Source of the DNA: an uncultured Alphaproteobacteria bacterium
GTDB lineage: Bacteria > Pseudomonadota > Alphaproteobacteria > RF32 > CAG-239
DNA: 64,000 nucleotides
Reading direction: 5' to 3'
NCBI GenBank assembly: GCA_944392225.1
Contig: CALXWB010000003.1
Coordinates: 8,723-72,722 of the forward strand
Part shown: positions 1-9,930 of the stretch, in pieces
How the letters are laid out: every line of letters starts with the position of its first letter
Position numbering within the stretch: the stretch's first letter is position 1
The notes under the pieces: model-generated
What the model was told of the DNA's origin: nothing
The model's database searches: none
What the model saw: only the letters and a program-made list of their open reading frames with translations
Made by a program: the position numbers and the translations under genes

Positions 1-52
1 TTGATAGAATCCAAAGTATATGGTATGTTATGTTTGAGGATTGAGAAACAAA

Positions 53-871
53 ATGGCAGAAAATAAGGAAAATCCTAATATTGAATGGAAAAACAATCCT
101 ATCGGAGAACAAGAAAAACTTTCTCTCAAAATCAATATCAAAGAAGCCGTGGCTTATGAAGCCAAAAAAGATAATGTTTTTAAATCTCCGCAAAACAAAG
201 CCGAAGCCCTGCCTCTCGGCTTGAAAAAAATCAGAAAAAAAATTCGCACAATCAATGATGAAGATGAAGATGAGGACGATTATCAAGTCGTTGCCGACTC
301 TTTGCTTATGGAACAAAACAACAGCTCTCTTTATAATGCTTTAAGCGAAGATGAAAAAAACACACTTAAACAACGTGAAGATTTTAATACCATTCAACAA
401 CAATTGCAGACGGAAAAAATCACCGCCATTGCCATTGCCAATGACAAAACTAAAAAAGCCGGCTTTAAGGGTTTGAAAAAAGAAACCGTGGCCAAAAGCA
501 TTAATGAAAATGCCATTTCCTCACAAAAAACCCAAGAAACACTCAAAGAAAATTTTAAAACCGAACTCAGTAAAACCGACAAAAAATGGCATAATCTCAG
601 TGATAAAGAGCTGCTCGATTTAATGAACGGTATTAATAAAATTGAAAAAGTGACCGGCATTGACGGGGTGGAAAACACCCTCCGCGAATTTGATGTCAAA
701 GAAATTGTGACCCTCGGCAAAGAAAAAGCCGATGCAAAAAAAATTGCTCAAACCATTTGTGAAAAAACCGGCCGTAACACAATCAAAAAAAATCCCAAAA
801 AAGATAAAAAGAACGAGAAAAAAATTTATATCAAAAACAATACGCTCATTCGTGACAGAGAACGCTCTTAA
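53..871 (+). CDS. Hypothetical Lys/Glu-rich low-complexity protein. The ORF track starts at TTG 41; the first ATG is at 53.
   Basis: Long ORF with K/E-rich composition and an acidic DEDEDEDD stretch. No recognisable catalytic motif. It may be truncated at the window edge upstream. Confidence 0.45.
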   Translation: MAENKENPNIEWKNNPIGEQEKLSLKINIKEAVAYEAKKDNVFKSPQNKAEALPLGLKKIRKKIRTINDEDEDEDDYQVVADSLLMEQNNSSLYNALSEDEKNTLKQREDFNTIQQQLQTEKITAIAIANDKTKKAGFKGLKKETVAKSINENAISSQKTQETLKENFKTELSKTDKKWHNLSDKELLDLMNGINKIEKVTGIDGVENTLREFDVKEIVTLGKEKADAKKIAQTICEKTGRNTIKKNPKKDKKNEKKIYIKNNTLIRDRERS

Positions 872-1425
872 GATCTGTTTATTTTGCTGAGCAAGGCTTT
901 ATATGCCGCGCCCAAAAGTTTGAACTTTTCTTCGGCCTGCGAATCTTCTCGGTTGACATCCGGGTGATATTTTTTGACCAGTTTCTTATATTGTTTTTTT
1001 ACCAGTTCAACCGTGATTTCTTCATCCGTATCCGCCAGCTCCATTATCTTTAAGTTCCTTCTGTCTTCTTCGCTGAAATAAACCTCGTTCATGGCAGAAA
1101 AATCGCTGGCATATTCTCTGAAAGCATTATATTCATCGGCAAACTCATCACCAAAGCTATATTTGACCTTGGCCCCGAACCAGCGGAAACGCATACGCGC
1201 ACGGCGGTTCTTTTCTTCTTCCTCCGCAGCGGCACCGTCATAATAGTTCCATTTTTTGTTATATTCTTGAACATGTTTTAGGCAAAACCAATAATACTCC
1301 TTAAGACGGCTGTCTTTGGGAGCGCGATATTCTCCTTTTTCTTTGCACCCGGGATAATCACAAATATGTTCTTTTCCCTCGTTTTGCGGGGCAAAATATT
1401 TTCTTGTTCTTGGTTTTTTGTTCAT
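868..1425 (-). CDS. J-domain (DnaJ-like) protein with a Cys/His-rich N-terminal region
   Basis: C-terminal J domain with KYHPD motif (…LVKKYHPDVNRED…EEKFKLLGAAYKALL). The N-terminus has a CxxC…C..H pattern. Confidence 0.6.
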   Translation of the reverse strand: MNKKPRTRKYFAPQNEGKEHICDYPGCKEKGEYRAPKDSRLKEYYWFCLKHVQEYNKKWNYYDGAAAEEEEKNRRARMRFRWFGAKVKYSFGDEFADEYNAFREYASDFSAMNEVYFSEEDRRNLKIMELADTDEEITVELVKKQYKKLVKKYHPDVNREDSQAEEKFKLLGAAYKALLSKINRS

Positions 1426-1483
1426 CTTTTTTGCTCTGATTAAAACTTATTAAGTTTATCTTATCCGCGCAAAACTGGCAAGC

Positions 1484-2578
1484 CTAAAAATTAAGACACA
1501 GCCAACAAGCCAACAAAAGCAACAAGGCATATAGTAAAGATGATTTTTTGAAGCGCGGGTCTTTCTTATGGCGAGAAGAATCGAGCAGATAGCGCAAAGA
1601 ATCGGCCTTGGGAAATGAAATATGGTTTTCTTTAGTGTATATCACGCCATGTTTTTTCAAGCTTGAAAGAAAAGAAGAATCGACGGCTTTGCTTTTTACA
1701 AAATTTTGTTTCAGGGTTTCGTCCCAAGCTTTGTTTAAGTCAACATCCGGGCAGGATTGCCGCAGTTTTTCAAGGCTATATATCATCTGGCTTTGCTTAA
1801 ACGTTGCCGGTTTTTGCTTTTTTTGCAAATAATTTTTGATAAAAAGCAAATCTTCCGATAAGAGAATCTGTATTGGGCTTATCTCCAACAAGGCAATGTC
1901 ATTTTTCTCAGAACACAATATGCTTTTCCAATCACTTATAAAAAGATGTTGTTCAAAGAACAACCGCGCAAAATAGGCAACCGTGTTTTTTTGTGCTTCC
2001 CCAGAAAGTTTGGCCAATGTGCGATATTTTTGCAAAAACGTTAACCTTAAGGACTCTTGCGTGGTTTGCGGCCAATTGATGTCATAGCTTTGCGGCAGGG
2101 CCTTTTTCAGTTCTTCCAAATCTGCCCCCCAAAGCCGAAAATCATAAATTATGTCTATGTGTTTTTTGAAGCAGATTTCTGCCCCTTTGGCTTGCGGAAA
2201 ATCTTTTTTAATCAGCTCTTTTAATAAGTTTAAATAGAATCCGTAAGAAGCAAAATCGGTTGTGTTTTTTAGGGTTATTTCTTTATCAAAATTTTGTTTT
2301 TTTAAATCTTTGATAAAATATAACGGAAGCCCAAACAGCGGTGCGGCAGAAAATATGGTGCCGGCAAAAGCACAAAAAACTTTATCTTGTTTGTGCTTTT
2401 GGCAAAACGAATCCAGACTTTTCTGCAAGCTCTCCTTTGAGGTGCGGCAAAAAAAGATAGCAAAAATTTTTGAGAATCGAAAAGTCTTCAAACTCTTTAT
2501 CAAAGGAAACAAGCCGGCACGTGCCAATTTTACGGCAAATTGTGTTTTTTTTATAAATTGTAAAATTTGTTTTATCAT
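1484..2578 (-). CDS. Hypothetical protein with a C-terminal hydrophobic anchor
   Basis: 364-aa ORF with coding-like composition. The C-terminus (LLYALLLLLACWLCLNF) is hydrophobic. No recognisable motif. Confidence 0.45.
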   Translation of the reverse strand: MIKQILQFIKKTQFAVKLARAGLFPLIKSLKTFRFSKIFAIFFCRTSKESLQKSLDSFCQKHKQDKVFCAFAGTIFSAAPLFGLPLYFIKDLKKQNFDKEITLKNTTDFASYGFYLNLLKELIKKDFPQAKGAEICFKKHIDIIYDFRLWGADLEELKKALPQSYDINWPQTTQESLRLTFLQKYRTLAKLSGEAQKNTVAYFARLFFEQHLFISDWKSILCSEKNDIALLEISPIQILLSEDLLFIKNYLQKKQKPATFKQSQMIYSLEKLRQSCPDVDLNKAWDETLKQNFVKSKAVDSSFLSSLKKHGVIYTKENHISFPKADSLRYLLDSSRHKKDPRFKKSSLLYALLLLLACWLCLNF

Positions 2579-2621
2579 ATATAATCATTCCGAATTTCAA
2601 ACTTTTTTGAGCAAAAAAATC

Positions 2622-3458
2622 ATGCCTGAATTACCCGAAGTTGAAACTATTAAAACCGCCCTTGAAAAATCTATCGGCAAGGCAACTATAACCAATGTTT
2701 TGATTTATAACAACTCTTTGCGCACAAAAATCCCCGATGATTTTACAAAAAGAATCGTCGGCGCAAAAATCTGTTCTTATCAAAGACGCGCTAAATATAT
2801 TCTTATTCATCTGAACAACGGGATTTGCATCATCTGGCATTTGGGCATGAGCGGCCGCGTTAAAATTTGTGATAATATGCCGGAAAAAGAAAAACACGAC
2901 CATGTGATTATTGAAACTTCTGCAGGAATCTTGGTTTATCACGATGCCAGGCGCTTTGGCTTAATTACCTATGAAAAAGAAGAGAATCTGCCGCAAAGTC
3001 CTTTCTTTGCACATCTGGGGCCAGAGCCTTTTGATGAAAAACTCGATGAAAAATATCTTTTGCAAAAATTTAAGCGGAAAAAAACACCCATCAAGGTTGC
3101 TTTGTTGGATCAATCTGTTATGGTAGGAGTAGGAAATATTTATGCTTCCGAGGCTCTGTTCCTTGCACGAATCCTACCGCAAAGAACTGCCGACAGCCTT
3201 TCAAAAAAAGAATGTGCTGCTTTGCTTGAGGCCGTTCGAATCGTGCTGAAAAAAGCCATTGCGGCCGGAGGTTCAACCCTGAAGGACTATCAAAAGCCCG
3301 ACGGAAGTTTGGGATATTTTCAAAATATGCATTGTGTTTACAATAAAACGGGGCAACCTTGTCCCGACTGCACTTGCAATATTAAAAAGACAGGAGGAAT
3401 CCAAAAGATTGTTTTGGGCGGACGCTCCACTTTCTTTTGTTCTTCCTTGCAAAAATAA
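2622..3458 (+). CDS. mutM: Formamidopyrimidine-DNA glycosylase (Fpg/MutM)
   Basis: N-terminus MPELPEVET (catalytic Pro2/Glu3) at the internal Met of track ORF 2262..3458. H2TH region and C-terminal CPDC zinc finger. The upstream 120 codons of the track ORF are a spurious extension. Confidence 0.85.
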   Translation: MPELPEVETIKTALEKSIGKATITNVLIYNNSLRTKIPDDFTKRIVGAKICSYQRRAKYILIHLNNGICIIWHLGMSGRVKICDNMPEKEKHDHVIIETSAGILVYHDARRFGLITYEKEENLPQSPFFAHLGPEPFDEKLDEKYLLQKFKRKKTPIKVALLDQSVMVGVGNIYASEALFLARILPQRTADSLSKKECAALLEAVRIVLKKAIAAGGSTLKDYQKPDGSLGYFQNMHCVYNKTGQPCPDCTCNIKKTGGIQKIVLGGRSTFFCSSLQK

Positions 3459-3470
3459 GACGAGGAAAAA

Positions 3471-3830
3471 ATGAAAAAATTTTTCACAATTTTGGCTGTG
3501 GCCGCTCTTTTTTCTTTTCAGACCGAAGCTGCTTTCATTGAAGGTTTGGAAGATGTGCCCTTGCTCAAAGGTTTGGAGCAAACACAAAAAGATAATATTT
3601 CTTTCGGAAATGAGGAAAGCCGCTTGGTTGAGGCTTATTTTACCAGCTCTAAAATCGGGTTTGCCAAGGTTGAAAAATTTTATATTGAAACGCTGCCGCA
3701 ACTCGGGTGGATTTATCAGGGCAAAAGAGATAATGCTCTTTTGTTTGATCGTGAGGGTGAAACTCTGGAAATCGTTAAAGAATCGGCCAAACCTTTGTTG
3801 GTTCGAATCACCGTTAAAAGTAAGCTCTAA
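3471..3830 (+). CDS. Small secreted hypothetical protein
   Basis: Signal-peptide-like N-terminus MKKFFTILAVAALFSFQTEAAF. RBS-like GAGGAAAAA upstream. Confidence 0.5.
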   Translation: MKKFFTILAVAALFSFQTEAAFIEGLEDVPLLKGLEQTQKDNISFGNEESRLVEAYFTSSKIGFAKVEKFYIETLPQLGWIYQGKRDNALLFDREGETLEIVKESAKPLLVRITVKSKL

Positions 3831-3836
3831 GGAAGT

Positions 3837-4607
3837 ATGAAAATGGAATTGCAAAATATTATATCTGAGATTGACGGCAATGTCGGCATTATCACACTTA
3901 ACCGTCCCAGAGCCTTAAATGCCGTTTGTGAAAAAATGTTGGAAGAACTTTCGGCAAAGCTTCTTGATTTTTCTCAAGATGATAAAATTGCCGTGATTGT
4001 CCTTAAGGGCAGTGATAAGGCTTTTGCCGCGGGAATCGATATGAACGAACTGCAGCTCAATGTCAGCTCTTATGGAATCAATGCCTTGGACAAGGCTTAT
4101 GAATGTTTTAAGCTCATCGAATCTTGCAAAAAACCCATCTTGGCTGCCGTGGCCGGCTATGCTTTGGGAATCGGCTGTGATTTGGCTCTGGCTTGCGATA
4201 TTATTTTTGCAGCAGATAATGCGCGTTTTGCGCAACCGGGCATCAGCCTGGGTTTAATCCCCGGTTTTGGCGCCTCTCAGCGTTTGGCTAAAACCATCGG
4301 CAAAGCTCAAACCATGGACATGCTTTTAACAGGGCGCGCACTCACCGCAGATGAAGCCCTTGTCTCCGGGCTTGTCAGCCGTATTGTGCCGCTGCCTGAT
4401 TTGTTTGATGAAGCTTTGAAAACCGCACAAAAAATTGCTTCTTTTCCGCAAGAATCGGTTGCCGCCGCTAAAGATGCCGTCAAATTTGCTTTCAACGCTT
4501 CTCTTGAATCGGGAATCGCTTATGAAAATAAAAATTGCAAAATTTGTTTGGACTCTGACAGCTTTAAGGAATCTTTGCTCAAATTTATGGAAAAGAACAA
4601 AAAATAA
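3837..4607 (+). CDS. Enoyl-CoA hydratase/isomerase (crotonase) family protein
   Basis: Crotonase-fold motifs (…AAVAGYALGIGCDLALACDIIFAADNARF…). Confidence 0.8.
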   Translation: MKMELQNIISEIDGNVGIITLNRPRALNAVCEKMLEELSAKLLDFSQDDKIAVIVLKGSDKAFAAGIDMNELQLNVSSYGINALDKAYECFKLIESCKKPILAAVAGYALGIGCDLALACDIIFAADNARFAQPGISLGLIPGFGASQRLAKTIGKAQTMDMLLTGRALTADEALVSGLVSRIVPLPDLFDEALKTAQKIASFPQESVAAAKDAVKFAFNASLESGIAYENKNCKICLDSDSFKESLLKFMEKNKK

Positions 4608-4719
4608 CAATATTTTAGGCCGAATCTGCAAAATAGTTATTGACTTATCGCGGGTTTAGAGTTTATAAAGCTTATCAAAAATATATTGTAATAACCTTTT
4701 TTATACAGGATTGAAGAAT

Positions 4720-4980
4720 ATGGCCAATCATAAATCGGCAAAAACCAGAATTAATCGTAACAACAAAAGAGCTATCATTAACGGCGCTCGCCGCAGCAGA
4801 GTTCGCACTTTTGTTAAAAAAGTTGATGCTTTAATTAATGCTAAAGAAAAAGACAAAGCTTTGGAAGCTTTGAAAGTGGCAGAATCTGAATTGATGATTT
4901 CTGTTCGCAAAGGTGTTTTCCACATCAATAAAGTGGCTCGCACCGTTTCTCGTCTTTCTAAAAAAATTAAAGCTCTCTAA
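4720..4980 (+). CDS. rpsT: 30S ribosomal protein S20
   Basis: MANHKSAKTRINRNNKR… is typical of S20. The track ORF starts 9 nt earlier, at 4711. Confidence 0.85.
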   Translation: MANHKSAKTRINRNNKRAIINGARRSRVRTFVKKVDALINAKEKDKALEALKVAESELMISVRKGVFHINKVARTVSRLSKKIKAL

Positions 4981-5003
4981 GTTTTATTTTTTATTGATCT
5001 TAA

Positions 5004-5052
5004 AGCACAAATCGATACCTCTTTTTAGAGGTTTTCGGTTTGTGCTTTTTTG
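5004..5052 (+). terminator. Rho-independent terminator after rpsT
   Basis: Stem agcacaa…ttgtgct with an inner hairpin cctctttttagagg, followed by TTTTTT. Confidence 0.6.
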
Positions 5053-5389
5053 TTATAAAACTGACAGAATCTGCGCGACTCTGTGAAAAATGCCTGTCAA
5101 GAAATATAATTGCAATGTTCTTAAAATGTTCTGTTGTATTTATGTTTTTTTGTCTTTAATATCCGAATTGCTTTCAGGAACAAACGTTAATGAAAAGCAA
5201 GAGCACCTTGGGTTTTAAGAGTGTCTCTGATAAAAAAACAATTATTAAGATAAACTTTGATAAAAAAGATAAATTCTAACAGATAAGACATTTATTATAT
5301 AAGGGAATATATATCGGCTTGTCTGGTTTGTTAGGGAAACAAATTAAACGAATGACATCTTTTATCAAGTTTGGCTTTATAATTTTGGG

Positions 5390-6868
5390 TTGCTAACTAT
5401 ATATATGAAAAAATGGGGAGATAAAATGGCTGAAGGAGCGATTGATAACAACACATCTGTTCAAGATCAATGGGGACAGATTTGCACTCAGTTAAAGTCT
5501 GAAGTTGGGGAAACTGCGTTTGACAGTTGGCTGAAACCTCTGACTTTGGGTTCTTTTAATGACGGGGTGATGAATATTTGCGTTCCGACACGCTTTATGA
5601 GAAACTGGGTTATCACCCATTATAGCGACCGAATCCACAAAATTTGGGAAAAGAAAAACCCGGCTATTAAATCCGTTAACTTTGTGGTGCAAGCCATGAA
5701 TGACGAATCTAAAGGTCTTTACAGTCCGACTTGTCGTTCTTTGCTCAAAAAAATTACATCCACACCGACACCGACAAAGTTTTATCAATCCGGCTCGGCT
5801 GCTTTATCGGCTAACGCCAATGAAACTTTCTCCAACACCGATCCGTTGTCTGTGCCTTTGAACCCGCAATATACTTTTGATAACTTTGTGGTGGGCAAAA
5901 CCAATGAGTTTGCTTATGCCGCCGCCAGAAAAGTTGCCGAATCCAGAAACGTTTCTTTTAACCCCTTGTTCTTATATTCCGGCGTCGGTCTTGGCAAAAC
6001 TCACCTCATGCACGCCATTGCTTGGCATATTAAACAACAAGACCCCACCAGAAATATTGTTTATCTTTCTGCCGAAAAATTCATGTATAAGTTTGTTCGC
6101 GCTCTGCGCTACAAAGACACCACCGCTTTCAAAGAACAGTTCCGCTCGGTTGATGTGTTGATGGTTGATGATGTGCAATTTATGGGCGGAAAAGATACCA
6201 CACAAGAAGAATTTTTCTACACTTTTAACTCTCTGATTGAAGAAGGAAGACAAATCATTATCTCTGCCGATAAATCTCCATCTGATTTGGAGGGAATCGA
6301 AAACAGACTGAAATCTCGTCTGGGCTGCGGTTTGGTTGCCGATATTCACCCCACGGATTTTGACTTGCGCATGGGAATTTTGGAAAACAAAGCCAAACAG
6401 CTCGGGGTTGAACTCCCCACAAAAGTGGCTGAGTTTTTGGCACAAAAAATTACATCAAATATCAGAGAATTGGAAGGTGCTTTGCGCCGCGTGATTGCTC
6501 ACTCTCAGCTTTTGAGCAACAAAGAAATCACCTTGGATATGACCCAAGATGTGTTGAAAGATATGCTGCGCTCTTATGACAGACGCACCACCATTGATGA
6601 AATTCAGAAGAAAGTGGCTGAACACTTCAATATTTCCGTCAAGGAAATGCAATCTTCCAGAAGAGCACGCACCGTTGCTCGTCCGCGCCAGATTGCTATG
6701 TATTTGGCAAAACAACTCACCTCTCGCTCGCTGCCGGAGATTGGCCGCAAGTTTGACCGTGACCACACCACCGTTATGCACGCCGTTAGAAAAGTGGAGG
6801 AACTCATTATGGAAGATGCCAGCTTGGCCGAAGATGTTGAAGCTTTAAGAAGAGTGCTTGAAGCCTGA
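5390..6868 (+). CDS. dnaA: Chromosomal replication initiator protein DnaA
   Basis: AAA+ Walker A GVGLGKTHL, sensor motifs, and C-terminal DNA-binding domain (…VARPRQIAMYLAKQLT…). Alternative starts at 5405 or 5426 are possible. Confidence 0.95.
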   Translation: MLTIYMKKWGDKMAEGAIDNNTSVQDQWGQICTQLKSEVGETAFDSWLKPLTLGSFNDGVMNICVPTRFMRNWVITHYSDRIHKIWEKKNPAIKSVNFVVQAMNDESKGLYSPTCRSLLKKITSTPTPTKFYQSGSAALSANANETFSNTDPLSVPLNPQYTFDNFVVGKTNEFAYAAARKVAESRNVSFNPLFLYSGVGLGKTHLMHAIAWHIKQQDPTRNIVYLSAEKFMYKFVRALRYKDTTAFKEQFRSVDVLMVDDVQFMGGKDTTQEEFFYTFNSLIEEGRQIIISADKSPSDLEGIENRLKSRLGCGLVADIHPTDFDLRMGILENKAKQLGVELPTKVAEFLAQKITSNIRELEGALRRVIAHSQLLSNKEITLDMTQDVLKDMLRSYDRRTTIDEIQKKVAEHFNISVKEMQSSRRARTVARPRQIAMYLAKQLTSRSLPEIGRKFDRDHTTVMHAVRKVEELIMEDASLAEDVEALRRVLEA

Positions 6869-6892
6869 TATAATCTGCATAATTAAAGAAAA

Positions 6893-6924
6893 CACCTCTT
6901 GAGAAAATAAGAGGTGTTTTTTTT
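6893..6924 (+). terminator. Rho-independent terminator after dnaA
   Basis: cacctctt-gagaaaat-aagaggtg hairpin followed by a T8 run. Confidence 0.7.
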
Positions 6925-7037
6925 GCTTTTCAAAACAGAAAAAGTTGTTGACGAATCGTTGTTTTTTCTTCTTGTTTGTCGCTTTTATGATAATATTTTT
7001 ATAAAATTTTTAGATCTAAAAAAACAGGTGAATTGAA

Positions 7038-8156
7038 ATGAAGTTTACAATTGAACGCGCTAATTTGTTGAAAACTCTGAGCCATGTTCAGAGTATTGTT
7101 GAAAAAAGAAACACTATCCCGGTGTTGTCTAATGTGAGAATCGAGGCTTTGGAAGACGGAATCAGCTTCAAAGCTACCGATATGGACACCGAAATTACGG
7201 AAATTGTTGATGCCAAAACAACTGAAACCGGCGCCACAACCGCTCCGGCTCATATGCTCTATGACATTGTCAGAAAACTTGCCGACGGCTCAGAAGTGGA
7301 AATCACTTTCCCGGATGAAAAAGGCCAACTGACCATTGCATCGGCTCGCTCCAAATTTTCTCTTTCCACCATCGGCGTGGAAGATTTTCCGGTTATTTCC
7401 GGCGACAAACTGCCCATCAACTTTACCATGGACAAAGAAGAGCTCAAAGATGTGATTGACCGCACCAAGTTTGCCGTTTCTACCGAAGAAACACGTTACT
7501 ACCTCAACGGTGTTTATATGCACGCCAAAAATGAAGGCAATGCCAAGGTTTTGCGTGTGGTGGCAACTGATGGTCACCGCTTGGCTTGTGTTGAGACTCC
7601 GTTGCCGCAAGGGGCCGAAAACTTGGCCGGTGTGATTGTGCCGAGAAAAACCATTACCGAAATCAGAAAGCTCCTGGATGACAACAATGCCGACCATATT
7701 ATGGTTTCCATGTCTGAGAACAAAGTTCGCTTTGCTTTTGAAGATATCACTTTGACATCTAAACTCATTGACGGCACATACCCTGACTATGAACGCGTTA
7801 TTCCGACCGACAATGACAAAAACTTGGAACTCTCCGTTAAAGATTTGTCTTCTGCCGTTGACCGCGTTTCCGTTGTGGCGGAAAGAACTCGCGCCATTAA
7901 GATGATTACCGCGCCTTCCAAAGTGACCATCACCACATCCAGCCCGGATTTGGGTTCGGCTCAAGAAGAATTGGAAGCAAAATATGAAGGCGAATCTGTT
8001 GAGATTGGCTATAACTTCCGCTATCTGTTGGATATTTTGGCTGAGGTTAAAGGTGAGGCCGTGCGCATTTCTTTTGCCGATGCTTCTTCTCCTTCGGTTA
8101 TTCATGATACCACAGACTCCAGCGCCATCTATGTTTTGATGCCGATGCGCGTCTAA
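7038..8156 (+). CDS. dnaN: DNA polymerase III beta sliding clamp
   Basis: 372 aa. Conserved dnaA-dnaN-recF order. Typical beta-clamp sequence. Confidence 0.93.
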   Translation: MKFTIERANLLKTLSHVQSIVEKRNTIPVLSNVRIEALEDGISFKATDMDTEITEIVDAKTTETGATTAPAHMLYDIVRKLADGSEVEITFPDEKGQLTIASARSKFSLSTIGVEDFPVISGDKLPINFTMDKEELKDVIDRTKFAVSTEETRYYLNGVYMHAKNEGNAKVLRVVATDGHRLACVETPLPQGAENLAGVIVPRKTITEIRKLLDDNNADHIMVSMSENKVRFAFEDITLTSKLIDGTYPDYERVIPTDNDKNLELSVKDLSSAVDRVSVVAERTRAIKMITAPSKVTITTSSPDLGSAQEELEAKYEGESVEIGYNFRYLLDILAEVKGEAVRISFADASSPSVIHDTTDSSAIYVLMPMRV

Positions 8157-8170
8157 CCCATAGGGGCAAA

Positions 8171-9397
8171 ATGGATAATTTGGCCTTAAATATTCAGGTT
8201 GATAATTCAGTAAAGTCAGGCGTTATGCGTCTGACTTTAACTGACTATAGAAACTATCCTTTTTTGCGCCTTAATACCGAGCTGTGCCCGATTGTCATCA
8301 CCGGGGAAAACGGCACCGGCAAGACCAATATTTTGGAGGCCGTGTCTTTCCTTACCCCCGGACGCGGTTTGCGCGGGGCAAGGCTGGCTGACATCAGGAG
8401 AATCCGTCCGGCGCTTGTGACCGATGAATATGCTCCAACCGAAATCAGCCCCACATCTTGGGCGGTTTCTTCCACGGTTATCAAAGGCGGCGAATCCTAT
8501 GAAATCGGCACCGCTGTTGAAAAAAATAGCAAAGAAAGCGATGATGAGTTGCGTTCTTTTGAACGTAGAATCGTTAAAATCGACGGCAACAAAATTTCTT
8601 CTCAAGCTGAGCTTGGAAAATATATTTCCGCCGTGTGGTTAACCCCGCAAATGGACAGACTTTTTCGCGGCGGTTCGCAACCCAGACGCAGTTTTCTTGA
8701 CCGCTTGGTTTATGCTTTTGATATGGAACACGCCAAACGCACGGCAAATTTTGAGCACTTATACAAAGAATGGTATCAGCTTTTGAAAAGCGGTTCTCAT
8801 GATAATCATTGGCTGTCAACCTTGGAAGAAAATATGGCCTCGCTCGGCGTGGCGATTGCAGCTGCCCGACGCGAGCAAACCGCCAAGCTCAACACCTTTA
8901 TTGAGCATGAGCCTGATGATATTTTTCCGAGCGTGCGTTTGGAGCTTGACGGCCTGATTGAAAAAATGCTCGATAAAATGCCGGCAATCGATGTGGAAGA
9001 TTTTTACAAAAACAAGCTTAAATCTCAGCGACAAAATGTTTTGTATAATGATACGTTTGATGGGGTGAACCGTACCGATTTTAAGGTTTATTATCGCAAA
9101 AAGCATATGCCGGCCGAGCTTTGTTCCACCGGCGAGCAAAAATCACTCCTCATCAGCATTATTTTGGCCCAAACAAAATCGCAAACTTTGCACCAGGGTT
9201 TTGCCCCCGTGATGCTCCTTGATGAGGTGGTGGCACATTTGGACGATGTGAAGCGCGAGGCTTTGCTCGAAAAAATTAAAGACCTCAAAGTTCAGGCTTG
9301 GATTACGTCAACGAATCCAGAGCTTTTTATGAGCTTGAAAAATGATGCCCTCTTTTTTGAGGTGGCCAACAACAAAATCACGCCAAAAGATTATTAA
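8171..9397 (+). CDS. recF: DNA replication and repair protein RecF
   Basis: Walker A GENGTGKTNILEA and signature LSTGEQK-like motif. The true start may be the internal Met at about 8225. Confidence 0.9.
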   Translation: MDNLALNIQVDNSVKSGVMRLTLTDYRNYPFLRLNTELCPIVITGENGTGKTNILEAVSFLTPGRGLRGARLADIRRIRPALVTDEYAPTEISPTSWAVSSTVIKGGESYEIGTAVEKNSKESDDELRSFERRIVKIDGNKISSQAELGKYISAVWLTPQMDRLFRGGSQPRRSFLDRLVYAFDMEHAKRTANFEHLYKEWYQLLKSGSHDNHWLSTLEENMASLGVAIAAARREQTAKLNTFIEHEPDDIFPSVRLELDGLIEKMLDKMPAIDVEDFYKNKLKSQRQNVLYNDTFDGVNRTDFKVYYRKKHMPAELCSTGEQKSLLISIILAQTKSQTLHQGFAPVMLLDEVVAHLDDVKREALLEKIKDLKVQAWITSTNPELFMSLKNDALFFEVANNKITPKDY

Positions 9398-9488
9398 TAT
9401 CGCGTGATGTGTTAACTCAAAATTGACACTCTTGTCTTATTGTAATATCATCTTTGACAATGAAATGATTTATTAAGGTTAAAAAACC

Positions 9489-9908
9489 ATGGAAACACAA
9501 TATTACACCCTGATTGAGAAACAAGATTTCTACGAGATTATTGAAAATAAATATGGCGAACTCGCTATTTTTATTGACGCACGCGAAGGTGCCCCGGTTA
9601 ATCCCGTGTTGCAATTTGACGGCAAAAAAACCGCTCTTTTGAAAAGAGATGAACACTTGGCCGTGAAACTTGATGATATTGACGAGGAAACCAGAGGTCC
9701 TTTGGCCGAAGCCGAGTTTTTGCTGATTGTGGAATTGCAAGGCAAAATGGTGGAACGCACCTATGCCGTGCCGGTGGAAAATGTGGAAGAGATTGTTTTG
9801 GAAGGCAAACAAACCCGCGCCGATGAATATGTCAAAGCCAAAACCAAAGAAGAAGTTTTGGCTAAGTTCGGCGCTGTTAAATGCTGGACAAACGGTCCTA
9901 AAAAATAA
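9489..9908 (+). CDS. Hypothetical acidic protein (139 aa)
   Basis: ORF with good coding potential located upstream of PTS EIIA/HPr. No recognisable motif. Confidence 0.5.
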   Translation: METQYYTLIEKQDFYEIIENKYGELAIFIDAREGAPVNPVLQFDGKKTALLKRDEHLAVKLDDIDEETRGPLAEAEFLLIVELQGKMVERTYAVPVENVEEIVLEGKQTRADEYVKAKTKEEVLAKFGAVKCWTNGPKK

Positions 9909-9930
9909 AAAAATTGAAGGATAAAAAAGA

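Noticed and set aside
2515-2535. GCCGGCACGTGCCAA palindrome containing CACGTG
   Set aside because: It is not parS-like beyond the central CACGTG. It is a single copy inside a coding region and probably fortuitous.
2262-2621. The 120-codon N-terminal extension of the mutM ORF in the track
   Set aside because: Fpg must begin with Met-Pro-Glu (Pro2 is catalytic). The extension overlaps the oppositely oriented 1484..2578 gene and has no RBS context.
3790-3815. GGTTCGAATC T-loop-like sequence suggesting a tRNA
   Set aside because: The flanking sequence cannot form T-stem or acceptor-stem pairings. It lies inside the coding sequence 3471..3830 and reads as LLVRIT.
5225-5371. rpsT-dnaA intergenic region considered as the oriC
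   Set aside because: It contains only weak 6/9 DnaA-box matches, whereas the rho-coaE spacer has one perfect and several 8/9 boxes plus nearby parS. The dnaA-proximal region is kept only as a low-interest regulatory note.
7290-8105. 271-aa ORF antisense to dnaN. The long plus-strand ORFs inside gyrB (for example 17669..18358) and minus-strand ORFs inside PBP (23461..24474) and gpmI are of the same kind.
   Set aside because: They lie fully inside well-supported conserved genes on the opposite strand. Their composition is typical of antisense frames, with no motifs.
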